DNA of 64,000 bases from Saccostrea echinata (taxonomy: Eukaryota): contig NW_026889801.1 of NCBI RefSeq assembly GCF_033153115.1, positions 1,364,001 to 1,428,000 on the forward strand, read 5' to 3'. This document shows, piece after piece, positions 39,875-53,751 of this stretch; the stretch's first letter is position 1, and every line of letters starts with the position of its first letter. The position numbers were made by a program, and so were the translations under genes. Under the pieces are notes generated by a model. That model had not been told where the DNA came from. It made no database searches and saw only the letters and a list, made by a program, of their open reading frames with translations.

Positions 39875-40944
39875 AGTATGAAATTTCAATGATAATGTTA
39901 AGTATGGGAACTGTATACACATGTATCTACTTGAATGTTATTTGGGCGATGATGCCGATCATTGGAATTTGATATGATAACTACTTAATATTTGACATAT
40001 GTGTATATCATGAACTGTAATGTTAAATTTGCATCATTTGCGAAATTTTTCATAAATTTGAAGAGTAAATTAGATTTCTTACTTTTTAATATTAATTTTA
40101 TTTGAAAATATAAAAATTCTCTTACTTAGAGTTCAAACAACTTATGAAGTTACATAATCATTTATAACTCTAGACATGAGGCAAAATGGATCAGGTACTT
40201 GCAAATGGTTTGGAGAGGAATGAAAGATTTTTGTACAGGTGTATTTTTAACAATACCGAACGCCCTTTCAGAGTCTGCATTTTTGTTTGAACAGAGAAAT
40301 TGAGCGAATTTTGAAATTAATGATAAAACTTACAGCAGAGGTGTGTATGACCAGGTTATTTGTTTTTATTTTGATTAATTAATTTTGATCATTTTTTTAA
40401 TTACATTTAAAGCATACATTTTAATACAATGCCCTAAAGTAAAATGTATGTGTTCTTGTTACTGGCAGCAGGTGAACTGAATTTCTAATCTATTATATTT
40501 GTTGTTACTTATTGGCCTGATTTACAAAATCAGATGTAATCGTTTGCTATTAAAATAGATGCTATTCTTGTTTTCAATTATTTGTAAGAACAGCGTCTTT
40601 TTTGAGTATTTACCGGTAGACTTTTATTACTGCGCACAAGGTATGATATTATATTTGAATATGTACATAATTCTGCTATGATACTTTTGAATAGTAAAGT
40701 ACAACTAATATAACATGTATTGAGAACCATTCTCTGTTGTATTCTTACATAGGAGCCGTAGCAAGTATATCCCTGTTCTTTTCATACTCTCGATAAGAAA
40801 AGACTCTGATGTCATAAACCTGTATCAGGCAAAAGGGAACTGTTATATGTCAGGGTTACCATAGCAAAATGAACCAAAGATTGAAATTTGCATTTTTGAA
40901 CATGTTCAGAGTCCTATAACTGGTGTTTGCAACAATGTAGAAAA

Positions 40945-41317
40945 GTGACGGTGAGTGTTTTCCAAACTGAAAGACGTGATGTCTTCATTCATTTTGATTA
41001 CACATACATCCAGAAAATAATAGCAATAATACGATTATACGTTAAATACCCCCCCCCCCCCAAAAAAAAAAACAGAAAAAAAACATCCTTGTAACATTTA
41101 CAACTAAGAAAAGAGAAAGGAAATTTACCTATTTGTTGCTTTGGGGAAAAACCTTAAGGTGAGTGTTTTCCTAACTCAAAGACTTGATGTCTTCAGAAAA
41201 TATCCGGAAAATAAAAGCAATTATAATTTAAATGTGGCCAAAAAACAGAGAAAAAAAATTCTTATGAAATTCACCAGAAAGAAAAAAGAATTAACCTAAT
41301 TGTTGCTTTGGCAAGGA
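40945..41317. repeat. Diverged tandem repeat (~170-210 bp unit) running into a gap
   Basis: ggtgagtgttttcc.aact.aaagac.tgatgtcttca at ~40950 and ~41158; acctaWttgttgctttgg at ~41127 and ~41294. Confidence 0.7.
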
Positions 41318-41752
41318 NNNNNNNNNNNNNNNNNNNNNNNNNNNNNNNNNNNNNNNNNNNNNNNNNNNNNNNNNNNNNNNNNNNNNNNNNNNNNNNNNNN
41401 NNNNNNNNNNNNNNNNNNNNNNNNNNNNNNNNNNNNNNNNNNNNNNNNNNCAGTAAGTGCTCGGTAAATTATGGGTACAATTTAAAAAAAGAAACACGAA
41501 AACGTTAAGTAAAGCTCGAGCGCTTTCATTTTCAATCTTCAGANNNNNNNNNNNNNNNNNNNNNNNNNNNNNNNNNNNNNNNNNNNNNNNNNNNNNNNNN
41601 NNNNNNNNNNNNNNNNNNNNNNNNNNNNNNNNNNNNNNNNNNNNNNNNNNNNNNNNNNNNNNNNNNNNNNNNNNNNNNNNNNNNNNNNNNNNNNNNNNNN
41701 NNNNNNNNNNNNNNNNNNNNNNNNNNNNNNNNNNNNNNNNNNNNNNNNNNNN
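41318..41752. other. Two assembly gaps (41318-41450, 41544-41752)
   Basis: Runs of N. Confidence 1.
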
Positions 41753-43189
41753 AAGTATATTTCTATATTTCTAAAGAACAGATTTCTAAGTATTGAAAAG
41801 GAATTTTTAAAGGTAAAGGTTTGGCCTACAATTCTACATTCCAAAAAGTTCTAATTGGTTTTTAAAATGGAGCGAAGTTTTGGAAATTACAGTATATGAA
41901 AATATATAAAGATCTGAGAAAAAAATAAGTTACCTTGCATACGTACCCTTGCACGCAATTTCCCAAAACTTGTTTTGACTGATAGTCAATATCGATATAT
42001 TTTTTTATTTCTGAAGTGAATTTTTTCAATTTCGGTGAAACGTTGGATTCACGGCGACCATAAACAGAGAGCCGTGTTTTATATCAGCATCACGAGTTGC
42101 AGATACTATAGATCTAAAGGTAATCGGATTCTAGAATGTCAGAGCAATGCAGAAATGTATAACAGTAATGCTTTTGAGACAAATACAAACCAAGTGAAAA
42201 AGGAACATTGTATGGTAAAACTAGCGTGTTTTTACCATACAACTAATAGGAAAATGATATAACGCTTTAAGTCAGGGAACTCTTGTCCAATGAATATGAT
42301 CAGTGAATGTTTTAGTTTTATTACTATTTTATAATATATTTTACTCACCTCTGTTCATCAGGATCTATCGCATTTTTAATGAATAAATTTGCCACACATG
42401 GCCCACATGATTTCTTTATGGGCGTCGCCATGCTAATGTACCCAAAATGATAATTTTCATCGGAAAGTTAAATCTGTTGTCACTTAATAAATATTCAGTG
42501 ATTCTTTCGCGAGAACTTGTAGTGGACAGCCATAGATTTGTGGAAATAAAATGGACACAAAACTCATGGCTTGCAACGATGGGGATTCTTGTAACGTCGA
42601 GGATCATAAACTTGCATTAGAAGATAATGGTGTCATTTAAAGGGTACTCAACACATGTTTAAACATACATTAGTACATATTGCAGCTTTATTAATGCTCT
42701 GCAAAATCATTCACACATAAAATACAAGAGCTTTTGCACAAAGACTTTTTTTTCAACTTAGAAATGTTGACATTTAATCATTAAAGAACCCATTAAGAGA
42801 CGTGATTGAAACATGAAACGAAGATCCTTTAACGAGTGTTGATCTTGTACAGAAGAGATATCGTGAAAATAGAAGAAGTTTCTCCTCCTCACAACAGACA
42901 ATATAATTCCAACAAAAACTTGAAGAAAAAAAATCTTTCTTTGCGATAGCACACATGACCTAACATAATTACTTTTAAATGCTAAAAATAGTCTCTGAAA
43001 CACGTTTATGATCGTACTATTACGTCAGACGAATTTGTATCAAAAAGGATCTAATGAAGATACAAGAGACGCAATGAAGGTATACTCAATGATTACAAGC
43101 AATATTACTTAACATCTAATGCACCACAACAATAACTTAATCCTAAAAATTTCTCGCGTACATAATGTCATTATATGATGTGATATATA

Positions 43190-43300
43190 TGATATTCTGA
43201 TGTTTGGAGGTCCGTGTTTGCTCTGCTCCTATTTTGTATTGTTTAATGGACTTTTGAGCTTGAATACTGTTCGTTAACTCCATATATTTCATGATGTATT
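43190..43300 (+). mobile_element. Penelope-like element 3'-end fragment inserted just upstream of copy 5
   Basis: Near-identical to the reverse complement of 53220-53310 (ggaggtccgtgtttgctctg.tcctattttgtattgtttaatggac.tttgagcttgaatactgttcgtta). Confidence 0.7.
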
Positions 43301-43395
43301 CAATCTTCAGCCTGAAAATACAACAATGCAAAGTAAAGAAATCATATGAACATACAATTGAACATCTTTTAGCATTTTAAATCACGACTTTCAAG

Positions 43396-44118
43396 ATAAA
43401 GCACGCTGTTGTTTTAACTTTAAGCCTACTGAATTTTCTTCAAGTTCACAGTCTTTCTATACTCACAGGTATCAGTGGTCCAATATCACCCATGCCGGCC
43501 AGTTGAACACAGATGACATTAATTTGAAAAATGTGGACGTTGTGAGACAACTTTTGAATTAAGAAACAGTTATTAGAATAGCATTGGTGAAAAATGTACA
43601 TGTGTACATACATTCATGAAGGATATGGTCGACCTGAAACAAAGTATGGAGAAATTGGAAACGTCAGAAAAAGGAAGTAGAGGTGACAGCATTGAAACAG
43701 GAAGTGAACGAACTAAAACGAGAAAATGAGAGACTTAAGCTTGAACACAGAAGGTATGAAGAGTTATTCCATGCAGTCAAAGAAAACTTTACTCAAATGA
43801 CTGAACACATATTTGAATGTGCAGAACAATCAGAATTTAAGAGAGAAGCTTTTGAGAAAAACACCAGTACCATACTTTGAGACTTGAAAGTTGAAGTTCA
43901 ATATATGTCAGTTATTCTCCTTGACCTGAACAAACACACTTTGGAAATAGACAAGAGTATCCCTATTTTGATAGAGAAAAAGTATTGGATTTTGTCTCCG
44001 AATTTGAATACTTGGCTTGAAACCTTGAACAATGAATTATTTGCTTGCAGTGCAAAAATATCAAAGTCAGTCTTAAACCTGGAAAACTCTCAGAGTGCAT
44101 TCATGTCTTCAATGTTTG
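43396..44118 (+). pseudogene. C1qDC copy 5, exon 1 relic
   Basis: Start ATG changed to ATA (ata aag cac); stop in LLN*ETVIR; small indels; TGA at 43878-43880; TALKQEVNELKRENERLKLEHRRYEE nearly identical to copy 4; donor TTTG|gtaagc retained. Confidence 0.92.
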
Positions 44119-44495
44119 GTAAGCATTCGATAACTATAAGTTCTGATTTCCACTTTCTAACTCCAAACGTAACTTGTGTAACGAATATACATTTGGAATA
44201 CTATATAGGCCAAGAAAAGAGCAATGATATTTTAGATCTTTTTCCTTTCAGTGAGTTCTTTACTTTTGTTAATAGATACTAGTACAAAAAATGAAATACT
44301 ACTTATGTTTCTGGAACTGTTTTTGGTTCGGACCACGTATTTATCAAAAGTAAAAGTATTTACAAAAGCATATTCATGTAATTGACTTTCCGATGTGATG
44401 ATCTCCCGAATTCATCTGTGAATGGAGTGTGATGTTTTCTTGTGATATTTACTAATAGTTTAGAAAACTTTTTTTTTTTTTTGCTTTCATTAGCT

Positions 44496-44538
<43 letters not shown>

Positions 44539-44984
44539 CTAAAGGTACATGTATATAAAATAAACTGACAAAAGAGTTCAAAGAAGTTAAAAACTCTTTC
44601 CTCGTGTGCACTGAAAAATAACAAGGGGCAGTCAGATCTTTTACGCCGGTGTAAAGACGAATAATGACTAGGACGTCAAAAAATGACCCCAGTCGTACAA
44701 AAATGCCATTTTTGTACAAAAAGAACCAAAGCGATCAATTTCTCTATGTGCAACATATAAGAAATATATACACTGTACATAAAAAGTTGATCCCCGTTGA
44801 AAAATGATCCCATCCCTAAGGAGTGTTACAAAGTTTAAGAAAAGGTGATTGTTGCTAAGGTTTGGATCTCAACGTTTAATCCTCTGACGAATACTGGACG
44901 AATATCCAGTTAAAATGTAATATAACAGCCTTACATGTGTCATTATCTTTCAGTCTATCTAATCTTTGTCATCGTCAACATGTA

Positions 44985-45180
44985 ATTATGATGTAATGTT
45001 CCACTATCGCCTGTATATGGTGTATTGTTTCCAACTTATTCGGTACGCTTGAGCATGCTGTAAGTACAATCATCTTTTAAACAATGGCAGGATATTGACA
45101 AATAAGCTTTCAAAAGCTAGTCTCAATGGAAACCAGCATTTCGAAAATCACTGGATCATTATAATGACCTTGTTAGTAAA
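44985..45180 (+). mobile_element. Penelope-like RT C-terminal fragment
   Basis: tatggtgta..tcccaacttattcggtacgct.gagcatgc-like segment = (YGV..SQ)LIRYA.AC, homologous to 59662-59910. Confidence 0.6.
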
Positions 45181-45407
45181 TATATTTTGTAAATATATAA
45201 TCATGATAACTTTAACAAGCAGAACTTCATAAAGGCCATAACTTTCATAAATACGGTTACAATATAATGCAATAATGCGGTAATCTGACAATAAAAATTA
45301 TAGTTTTGACAGGTCTTGTCTTCGTGCAGATGATCAAGCGATTTAGATGGAAATATAAGGTCTTCCATTGCACGAATTAAATAAACATACGCCAGAAGAA
45401 TGTAGAT

Positions 45408-46793
45408 TAATTCAATTCAATTCTTTTATTTGGTAGCACCATCATACATTGACATATAGTCATGAATACAACAAACAATAGCATACATAAAATCAATAAA
45501 AATATTCCAGTAAGCATATCAGTTATGTTGAAGTTTCTCTTTTCTAAAATCAAAACACTTTTTTCAGAAAGTTACATACTCTTCTAGCAATTTTAATACT
45601 TGGAGGGTTGATTATGTCAAAAATAGGGTTTTCCTTCATGTAACATTGAGCATTAAATATATCACAATATTATGATCTATACTGATCATAACTAGGACAA
45701 TAAAGTACAAAATGTTTTACATTTTCAATAAAAAGTTTACAAGAATGACATACACGTTTTCTCTAAGAATAGGTGGCCTTGAGTATCTCCCCATTTCAAT
45801 ATGTAGTATATGAGCACTAATTCCTAGTTTTGTTAGGATTGTTCTTTCAGATTTCTTCAATGGTAATTGTAGGTAGTTCTCTTATTTATATTCATTTAAA
45901 TTTATTATATTACTATAAAAATTTAATTTTCCAGAACCTGATTTAGAAATGTTCTTTAACTGTTCACAGATTTTATTCCTATAGTGCTCCTCTGATTTAT
46001 GTCTTAAAGTTTTATGTGATATGTCCATTGAGGATAAAGACAATTTCTGTTGTAGAGTAAAAAGTTTTCTTTTGCCAAGATACTTTAGACCCGAGTGTTT
46101 TATCTTCCTTAAATGCATACACGACTAACTGGTTATGATGCTCATTCTCTGACTCTAAATTTTTCAATCTTGAATAAAATTTAAACATATTTTCGGAACA
46201 CAAATAAAATAGTGCGAAATGTCCCAACTCATATAGAACAGCAATATTAGATGATTTTCTATGAACACCCAGAATGTCTTTAAATATCTGGAGTTGTATT
46301 TTTTTCAAATGGGAAATGATCTGAGGATAATAAATCACATTTGTAGTCTGAAATCCAAATTTCAGAACCATAAGTTAAGAATGGAGTAATCATAGATCTA
46401 TAAAGTTTTAATATTGTCTCGACAGAAAAAATTTATATTAGCTGAAAAATTAGTTTTTATAGCATAATAGGCCTTTCTAGCTCTTCCTGACAGCTGTTCC
46501 GCTGACAATTTCATTTTCCCATCAGACTTAAATGCAAGTCACAAATATTTATACTGATTTGTTATTTCTAAAGGGCTATGATTGTAGTAAAAACCATATA
46601 CATTTTCATTATTTGTACTTTGAGAAAAAATCATAACATATTTTTTTTCCATATTCACACATAATTTCCATTCATGACAATATTTACTTAAAATATCTAT
46701 ACATTTCTGTAAACCAGTAGGTTTCTCCGATACAAGAATAAGATCATCAGCAAAAAACATGTGGTTAGAGTCAGACGACACGTCTGTCCACAT
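45408..46793 (-). mobile_element. 5'-truncated non-LTR retrotransposon (RTE-X/CR1-type), decayed RT 3' half
   Basis: FADDLILVSEKPTGLQKCIDILSKYCHEWKLCVN..YKYL, ILGVHRKSSNIAVLYELG, LGISAHILHIEMGRY..CHSC..HFVLYCP; AATAAA followed by a (GAATT)n tail at ~45408-45431. Confidence 0.85.
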
Positions 46794-47559
46794 ACTGTAG
46801 CTTGAAGACGATTAATGGGAAATTTGTCATAAATTATAATAATAGATTATTTTATTCGTAAGATTTACATATAACGAGATCAATATATTATCGCTGTATC
46901 CTGAATTTACCTCGGGTGAGCATTTTGGCCCAATGGTATCTTGATTTATAATTCTTGATCTTTTAAAACAAAAAGGAAAATATATCCTTTATAAAATCTC
47001 TAAGGGATCATTATTTTCCGGGGGTCATTTTTCTCTACCTATGGTATGCAGATTATAAGGGTGATGCTACTTTTTCTACATGCAAAAAGGTCATTATTCG
47101 GCGTTAAATTATGACCCGGCTAATTTTCTATGCATTTTTTTTTCTGCATGTTTCTACTCTACTGACCACGAATTTCCACTTAATTGCCCGTCTGCATGGA
47201 TCTTTCTGAAAGGGAGGTGTAAATTGATTATTGTATCAAGAAATATACAACAGGTGCGTGTCTTTGCCTAATAAGAGGGCCTAGCTCTCCTACCTGAAAA
47301 GTTGTAATCATTCAATCAAGAAACAAAGAAACATGCAACAAACACAAAGTGCGCTCTTGTCAAGCCATGTAACAACCCTTAATTATACTGACTAAACTGT
47401 ACTGTTGACACTTCATGTAATTTTACATTGGGGTAGCAACAACGTTAACACATATTTTATTGGTTTTTTTAAAGAGCCGTTAAAAAAGAAAAAGTTTTAT
47501 TTCTAGAATGTTATATGTGATGACAGAAAAGGAAGAGCAAACACTTCCCGATAGCTAAA

Positions 47560-47860
47560 CAGGTCCGTAGGAAGCAATTTCAGTTGGGGGGGGGGGGCAC
47601 AGCCATACATTTTCAGTTGAGGGAGCACTGCCAAAAATTTCCTGACAAGCAAAAAAAAAAGGGTCATCAACTACCAAAAATTCCTTGACAAGCAAAAAGA
47701 AAAAATAAATAAATAAAATAATTTTTTTAAAAAAAGGTCATCAGACGTTTTTATTAAGGGGGCACAAGCATATAGTATCTGAGTTTACTAAAGTAATCTA
47801 TATATCCGCAAAATTATTTTGGGGGCACGTCCCCCCCCCCCTCCGGTTCCTACGGCCATG
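47560..47860 (+). mobile_element. Poly-G MITE (CAGG termini, 5-bp TSD)
   Basis: caggtccgtaggaa ... ttcctacggccatg; flanks ctaaa / ttaaa; close homologue of 61111-61364. Confidence 0.85.
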
Positions 47861-48419
47861 TTAAACATGAGAGAAGATCTACGGTTGGTTTACGTTAAAA
47901 TAACGTAGCGATGCTGGTCCAGGTCAATAGACATATGCAAGTTTATATTTTCACCGGGACTTACATGTACTTTAGTATCTAGTTATCCTATTAATCTGAA
48001 CTTTTATACATTTGTCTTATTATTCTTGATAAAATTATGACAAATTTTCAAGAATATATCTCTTTCCTTTATGGAGTATGAGTTAATGTCTCAATAATTT
48101 CCAAACAAACAACCCTCGTATTTTATAAACAGATATAATTTATATTAATACAATAAAAACAATATGATGCCATTTTAACCATATTAACACATATTTGTAT
48201 GCATGATTATACGTTATACCGTTCGCATGGGCAATTTCACTTTTATTTATTATAAATCAAAGATATATATTAGCGGAAAAAGTAATTTTATGTAGAGAGT
48301 CAAAATATGTTGCACAATGTATATCAGTATTTAATTTAATGCACTTCTTTCAATTCAAATATCAAATACCACTGAAAATGATGGGGGGGGGGGGTGCAAA
48401 AAAGTTTCACAAAAGTTTA

Positions 48420-48800
48420 ATAGCGTGTATAGCCGCCATATGCACCCATGCATTCTTCGCACCTACGACGAGTTGAACGAATCAGGTTACGCAAAAATGT
48501 CTGGGAAATGCAATAAAGAACGACACAAAGCATCCAACGTAGAAGGGGTGGCTATTTTCCTTGATGTCGTTCCATCTCATCACAATTATGTTGAGGCGAT
48601 AAATCCGGTGGCAATGCAGGCCAAGGTAGCACAATCACATTTTGCTGCTGAAGATAGTCACTAACAACGCGTGCGGTGTGCGATCGTGCGTTGTCCTGCT
48701 GCAGAATTACGTTAAACTGGTTGTGTGAATGAATGCAATGACGTGGTGGCGTACAATATCTCGTCAAGTTACCGTACGCCGATTAAATTGCCTTACATTC
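48420..48800 (-). mobile_element. Tc1-family transposase fragment
   Basis: ILQQDNARSHTARVVSDYLQQQNVIVLPWPALPPDLSP matches the second Asp through the WPxxSPDLxPIE region of Tc1-type DDE transposases; frameshifted. Confidence 0.85.
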
Positions 48801-49193
48801 ACACAGGGTGATGTGTTGTTATGTTCTAATTCGTTTCACTCAAACGAACATAAATTATTTACAATCATAACACATGTTTAGTGAAAGAAACGCTTGTTTG
48901 TCAGCATTTAATAGACGTATACAGTTACAAAATACAAGTCTGCAATGATACCGATTCTTTAACTTCCTTCTACAATGTATCAAAAATGTAATTACTAAAA
49001 TATCACAATACATGAAAACATTTTTAACACAATGTTCATATGTCAATGTCTCACTGAATAGTACAAAATGCATTTAAGCACGCTGCGAGACGATGCCAGG
49101 CCCTATTGTTTTTACCACAATAATCAAAGCAAAATAATATATGTATAATGAACACACTATGCTTCCCTCGCCGCCCAAGAAAAACCTCAGATA

Positions 49194-49517
49194 AACAAGA
49201 TGTGTTTGTGAAACACTGATGCCCCCGTATGACAGCTTATAGCAAAGGTTAAACTTTCACAAATGCAAATAGAATATGTTGGTACCCAAAGTAAAGCGTT
49301 GTTTCGAGGAATAAACCTATGAAATATGAAAGCCCTAGCAGCAACCATTGAATAGATATAGAAATTTTTTTTTCAAAAGTATGTCAAATATCAAGGTCAA
49401 AGCCAAAATTAATGGTGCCCAAGGAAAGGCTTTCTCTCAAGAAACACACAGTTGAAATATGAAAGCCGAAGCATAAATCGTTCAAAAGTTTTGACCAAGG
49501 TTAAAGTAAAGTTTTCC

Positions 49518-49548
<31 letters not shown>

Positions 49549-49910
49549 AAGGATCAAAGTTTTTGATATCCCTAGGAAGGTCTTGTCACAAGGATTACAC
49601 ATTTGAAGTGTGAAAGCCTTAGCAGTAACCGTTCAAAAGTTATGGCCAAGGTAAAAGTTTTTCAAAAATAGGTCAAACACCAAGGTCAAGGTCAAAAGGT
49701 CAAAGTTGTTGGTATCCAAAGGAAGGCCTTGTCACAAGAAATACACATGTGAAGTATGGAAGCCATAGCATTGTTTGTTCAAAAGTTATGGCCAAGGTTA
49801 ATGTTTGGTAAATTTTTCAAAACTGGGTCAAACTCCAAGGTCAAGGTCAAAATGTCATACATGGTTGTACCTAAAGAAAGGTCTTGTCACAAGGAATACA
49901 CATGTGAAAT
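49194..49910. mobile_element. HINE-like element with ~150-bp internal tandem repeats rich in CAAGGTCA, truncated
   Basis: Starts aacaagatgtgtttgtgaaacac; repeated ggtcaaactccaaggtcaaggtcaaa..ggtcttgtcacaagg..tgaaagcc units. Confidence 0.75.
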
Positions 49911-51129
49911 AGCGTGCAATGCAAAATTTTACTATGAAACAAAAACTCAAAATTCTATGAGACAAAGCTTTATTAATGCATAAACAAAAGAAAATTATGT
50001 ATAAAGTATCAGTTAAAAACATTTCATACTCCTAACCGACTCATCCACTTCGGCACAATACATATTCATATTTTATAATATTAAAGATATGTTTAAATCA
50101 ATTTTATGATGTTTTTCGTTGAACACAATACAAAAAAAGATTTTGTTTCGTGTTGTTACATTTTTATTTTTTTTTTTTTACATTTTGCTTTGCCCTCAAC
50201 GAAAAAATCAAATAACGCAAAATGTAATAATCAAAAAGGACATTGTTACATTCTGCGATAATCTCGACGCAAAATGTAATAATCCTAAAGAGTCTGTTAT
50301 TATACTTTGCGTTATTACATTCTGCGTTGATTGCGATTCGGAATTCTAACAGTTTATTGGAAGACCTGGTCTCCAAAGTCTACATAAATGTTGTCGATGA
50401 GTAACTCTAGCATCCTTTAAATATCAAACTACTTGTGTGTAGAATCAGAGTTATTTTTAACAAAGTAATTTTGCTGATTACCAATTACAAGAAAATTTCC
50501 GAGTTACATTTTCATTGAGAAAGCAGTTGTTTAAGATACCAGTAAGCCTTGTTTTTAATTTATCGTGAGGAATAATTGTAAAAAGTATATAAAAAAAAAA
50601 AGTCGTACGTTTTGAAGCTTTTGACTTTTGAAAAATTTGGTGATTTCAGAATTTCTAAAACCCTTTGGAGTTTTTTGAAAATCCAAATCTGATTTACAGC
50701 ACTTCTATAATATGCTATAGCACAGTATGTCTTTAATATTTATGTTGCTATAAATTTTTCAATGCTCTTCTGTGTTTTTGACATTTCTTTGACGCCATAC
50801 ATTGTTTTACCCTCTCCAACAAATCCCTTGCTGGTTTGCTTGCATCCAATATGTTACCTGTATGCCTAAATAAGGATAATAATTAAATTGTTGGGCATCT
50901 ACAGGTAGCATTAAACCAATACAGATAAAAAAAAGCTTTAGTGCAGTTAAGCAAATAGATTAAACAAGACCAGGCAACATTTTAAAATGAACAATGTATT
51001 GAAATAGCAACAGTTAATGTTTACAAAATCTAAAGAAATATCAGATGAAACTTGCATAAAAACGTAATCCAAGCTAAATGGTCCTGAATGCCAAATATAG
51101 GTCAAAATTTGCAGCTCTCCACCGGCAAA

Positions 51130-53200
51130 AAGCTAGAAAGGTATTAATTTATAAGGTACATAAGGTCCAAGTAAGCCATATGAGTTGAAGATGGAGAAAA
51201 TTCATCAACATATTCTTTGTAAACTAAAATACCATAATAATTTCAACAAGATTATCAAAAAGGTCTATACTGAAGAAAATGAAATTACAACCAGTCAGAA
51301 ATTTTAAGAAGAATCGGTATGTATTACAAATTCTTTATATTTGTGAAGATATAGAACTTCCACATATAGATCTTTTAAAGTTATTAAAGTGAAAGAGTTC
51401 CAATAATTGAAAATGATGTTGCAAAAACGCTCGATGGGAATAATTTAGAAAAACTGTAAATCACGGGAAAGTAATGGCTTCTCTGCTAAATGTTTTGGAC
51501 AGGTTTTTAGTACTTGCCATAAATGACATATTTCAGAAAAAAACACTTCCTAGCTCTCAAAAACTGGGGGTAATTAAAAGAATTGAATCCAAAATTTGGT
51601 ACATCTCTACAACAATGTGGACTTTAACTGAACATCGACAGAGGATGTAGACAGGTAAATCCTGTTGCACCAATTTTGCTTCTACTCTTTGTTCAAAGTC
51701 TAGCAATTATTATTAAACAAAATCAAAAGATTAAAGGAATTGTTAATAAGTTAGACAAAATATAAAATATCCCTATATGTGGATGATATCTACCTGGGCC
51801 TTGAAAGTTCACATGAATCTCTTTCATCAGCATTAGATTTTATTGATTTCTGAAAATTTTCAGGGCATAAATTTAAAAGCTCAAGAACCAAAATTGTTTG
51901 GATAAGTTCAAAACATTTCTTTAAATGTTTTTTTACCATTCCAGTTGAAAACTTGAATGGGGTTGCACAACTTCTAATTTACTTGAAATTGATTTCTCAA
52001 TAAAACTAAATTGAAAACTAGATAAAATTATTAATAAAAAAAATACAATTTTCAATTACGAAAAATTAAAGCATTAATTCAACAAAATAAACGAAGGATT
52101 CTTACTCCTATTGGAAGTTTAACAGTTCTGTAAACTTTACTTCTACCAAAAATTTACCGTCTTCTTGTATTTCTACCAAATCCAATTAAAGAAGCAATAT
52201 CATTGTTCAACGGGAAATCTTGGAATTTATATGGAAATAAAAATGTGATAAAGTTAAAAGAAAAATTAAAACTCAAGTAATTTTAGAAGGAGGATAAAAA
52301 TGTGTGATATAAACAGCTCTGTTATTCATAAAATATTCCTGGATTAAAAGGGTAGCCAAAAACAATCAACCATGATTTGATATTTTGATAAATGGTATAG
52401 ACATATTTTATAAGAATAAGAAATAGAATTTTTTTTTACAAAGACCTGTTTTAAAAATGGTGTTAAATGTTTGTGATTTCTTACATCAATAAGGAAAATT
52501 CTTAACTCCTATTGATTTTGAACATAGATTCTTATTTTTAACATTTGCATTATGTAATTAAGAAAATATTATTTATGCTACATCTAGATATAAGAAAACA
52601 ACGTCTAATAGAAAAATCATTTATCAAGAGGGAATTTACCCTTCAATTTATCTTTATTTGAGAATGTTATTGTACACGAAAAGTGAATAAAAATAATTTA
52701 CTGATATTTGAATAACAGCCATGTAAATAAACATCAATATTTAGACGGAATCAGGAACCATCATTTCTTATGAAATTATAGTGATATTTGTGTTCAGGAT
52801 GTTTTACTTTTCAGAAACAAAGCATGTGTTTTTAAATCGTACGAAACTTTCTCCATTATTAAGTAATCTTTATATGCAAATATTTACAAAAACTTCCAAA
52901 AGAGTTGGCTTTCACACATATGATATTGGTCTTTTTTTGTTTCAAACAGAACACAATACCTATGATAACTGGGCTGCTACATCATTTAACTCTAAATTAC
53001 AAAATGGAAAAATGCATATCAATTCAAAAATTTAACATGAACAATTTTGATACGTTACGGTCAACATGGGTTAATATTCCAAAATTATATATTAAATTAC
53101 TCAAAACGCAATCAATTATCTATCTAATTGAATATTTTATGATAATTATTAAAACATTTCTAAACATTTCTAAATACATTTGAGTTATGATTTTCGTGTT
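51130..53200 (+). mobile_element. Highly decayed L1/Tx1-type LINE ORF2
   Basis: ggatgtagacagg..cctgttgcacc (GCRQG.P..P) ~51642, tatgtggatgat (YVDD) ~51776, KFSG..TKIVWI ~51855-51905; many stops. Boundaries approximate. Confidence 0.7.
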
Positions 53201-53214
53201 GTGTTTTGACTTAT

Positions 53215-53675
53215 CCTGATGAAATATATTGAGATAACGAACAGTATTCAAGCTCAAAGGTCCATTAAACAATACAAAATAGGAACAGAGCAAACACGGA
53301 CCTCCAAAACATAAGAGGTGGGATCAGGTGCCATGGAGGAGTGAGCATCCCCTGCCGACCGGTCACACCCGCCGTGTTCTCCTTGTCATGATCGGGAAAT
53401 AACGGAAAAATCCGTCGACAATTCAGTGTGTAAATAATGGCCTAACAATTAGTATGAAAAACGTCAGTCAGCATTTGACTCAATGATAAAATGTATTTGC
53501 TGACAAGGACATTGTATCGACCATAGAACTTACGAATGATGACTTTAAACGAGACTGCTGATATTATTGTTTCATCAACTTGTTTGTCAATAATTTACCT
53601 CGTTTTAGAAATTGTGCATACGTGGTGCATGCTTTTGCGTATCGAATCAACTGAGAGATATAAACCCCGTATGAT
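53215..53675 (-). mobile_element. Penelope-like retroelement 3' fragment
   Basis: Minus strand YGVYISQLIRYAKAC..RGKLLTNKLMKQ..VYGRYN plus conserved 3' UTR; paralogous to 59460-59985. Confidence 0.7.
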
Positions 53676-53751
53676 ATAATATATTGAAAAGGAAGGAAAA
53701 TAATTTATCTCCGGCTTTCACTAGATATTTGTTTGCAAATTTAAAAAAAAA

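Larger units (their letters stand above)
44645..47120. mobile_element. Probable DNA element with subterminal aaaatgacccc-type repeats, hosting nested retroelement fragments
   Basis: aaaaatgacccc / aagttgatcccc / aaaaatgatccc at 44678-44810 and inverted gggatcatt / ggggtcatttt / aaggtcattatt at 47003-47120. Ends approximate. Confidence 0.45.

Noticed and set aside
51770-51800. gatgatatc as the missing neck exon of copy 5
   Set aside because: It is the YVDD motif of the decayed LINE; no acceptor AG and no INKT.GDI continuation.
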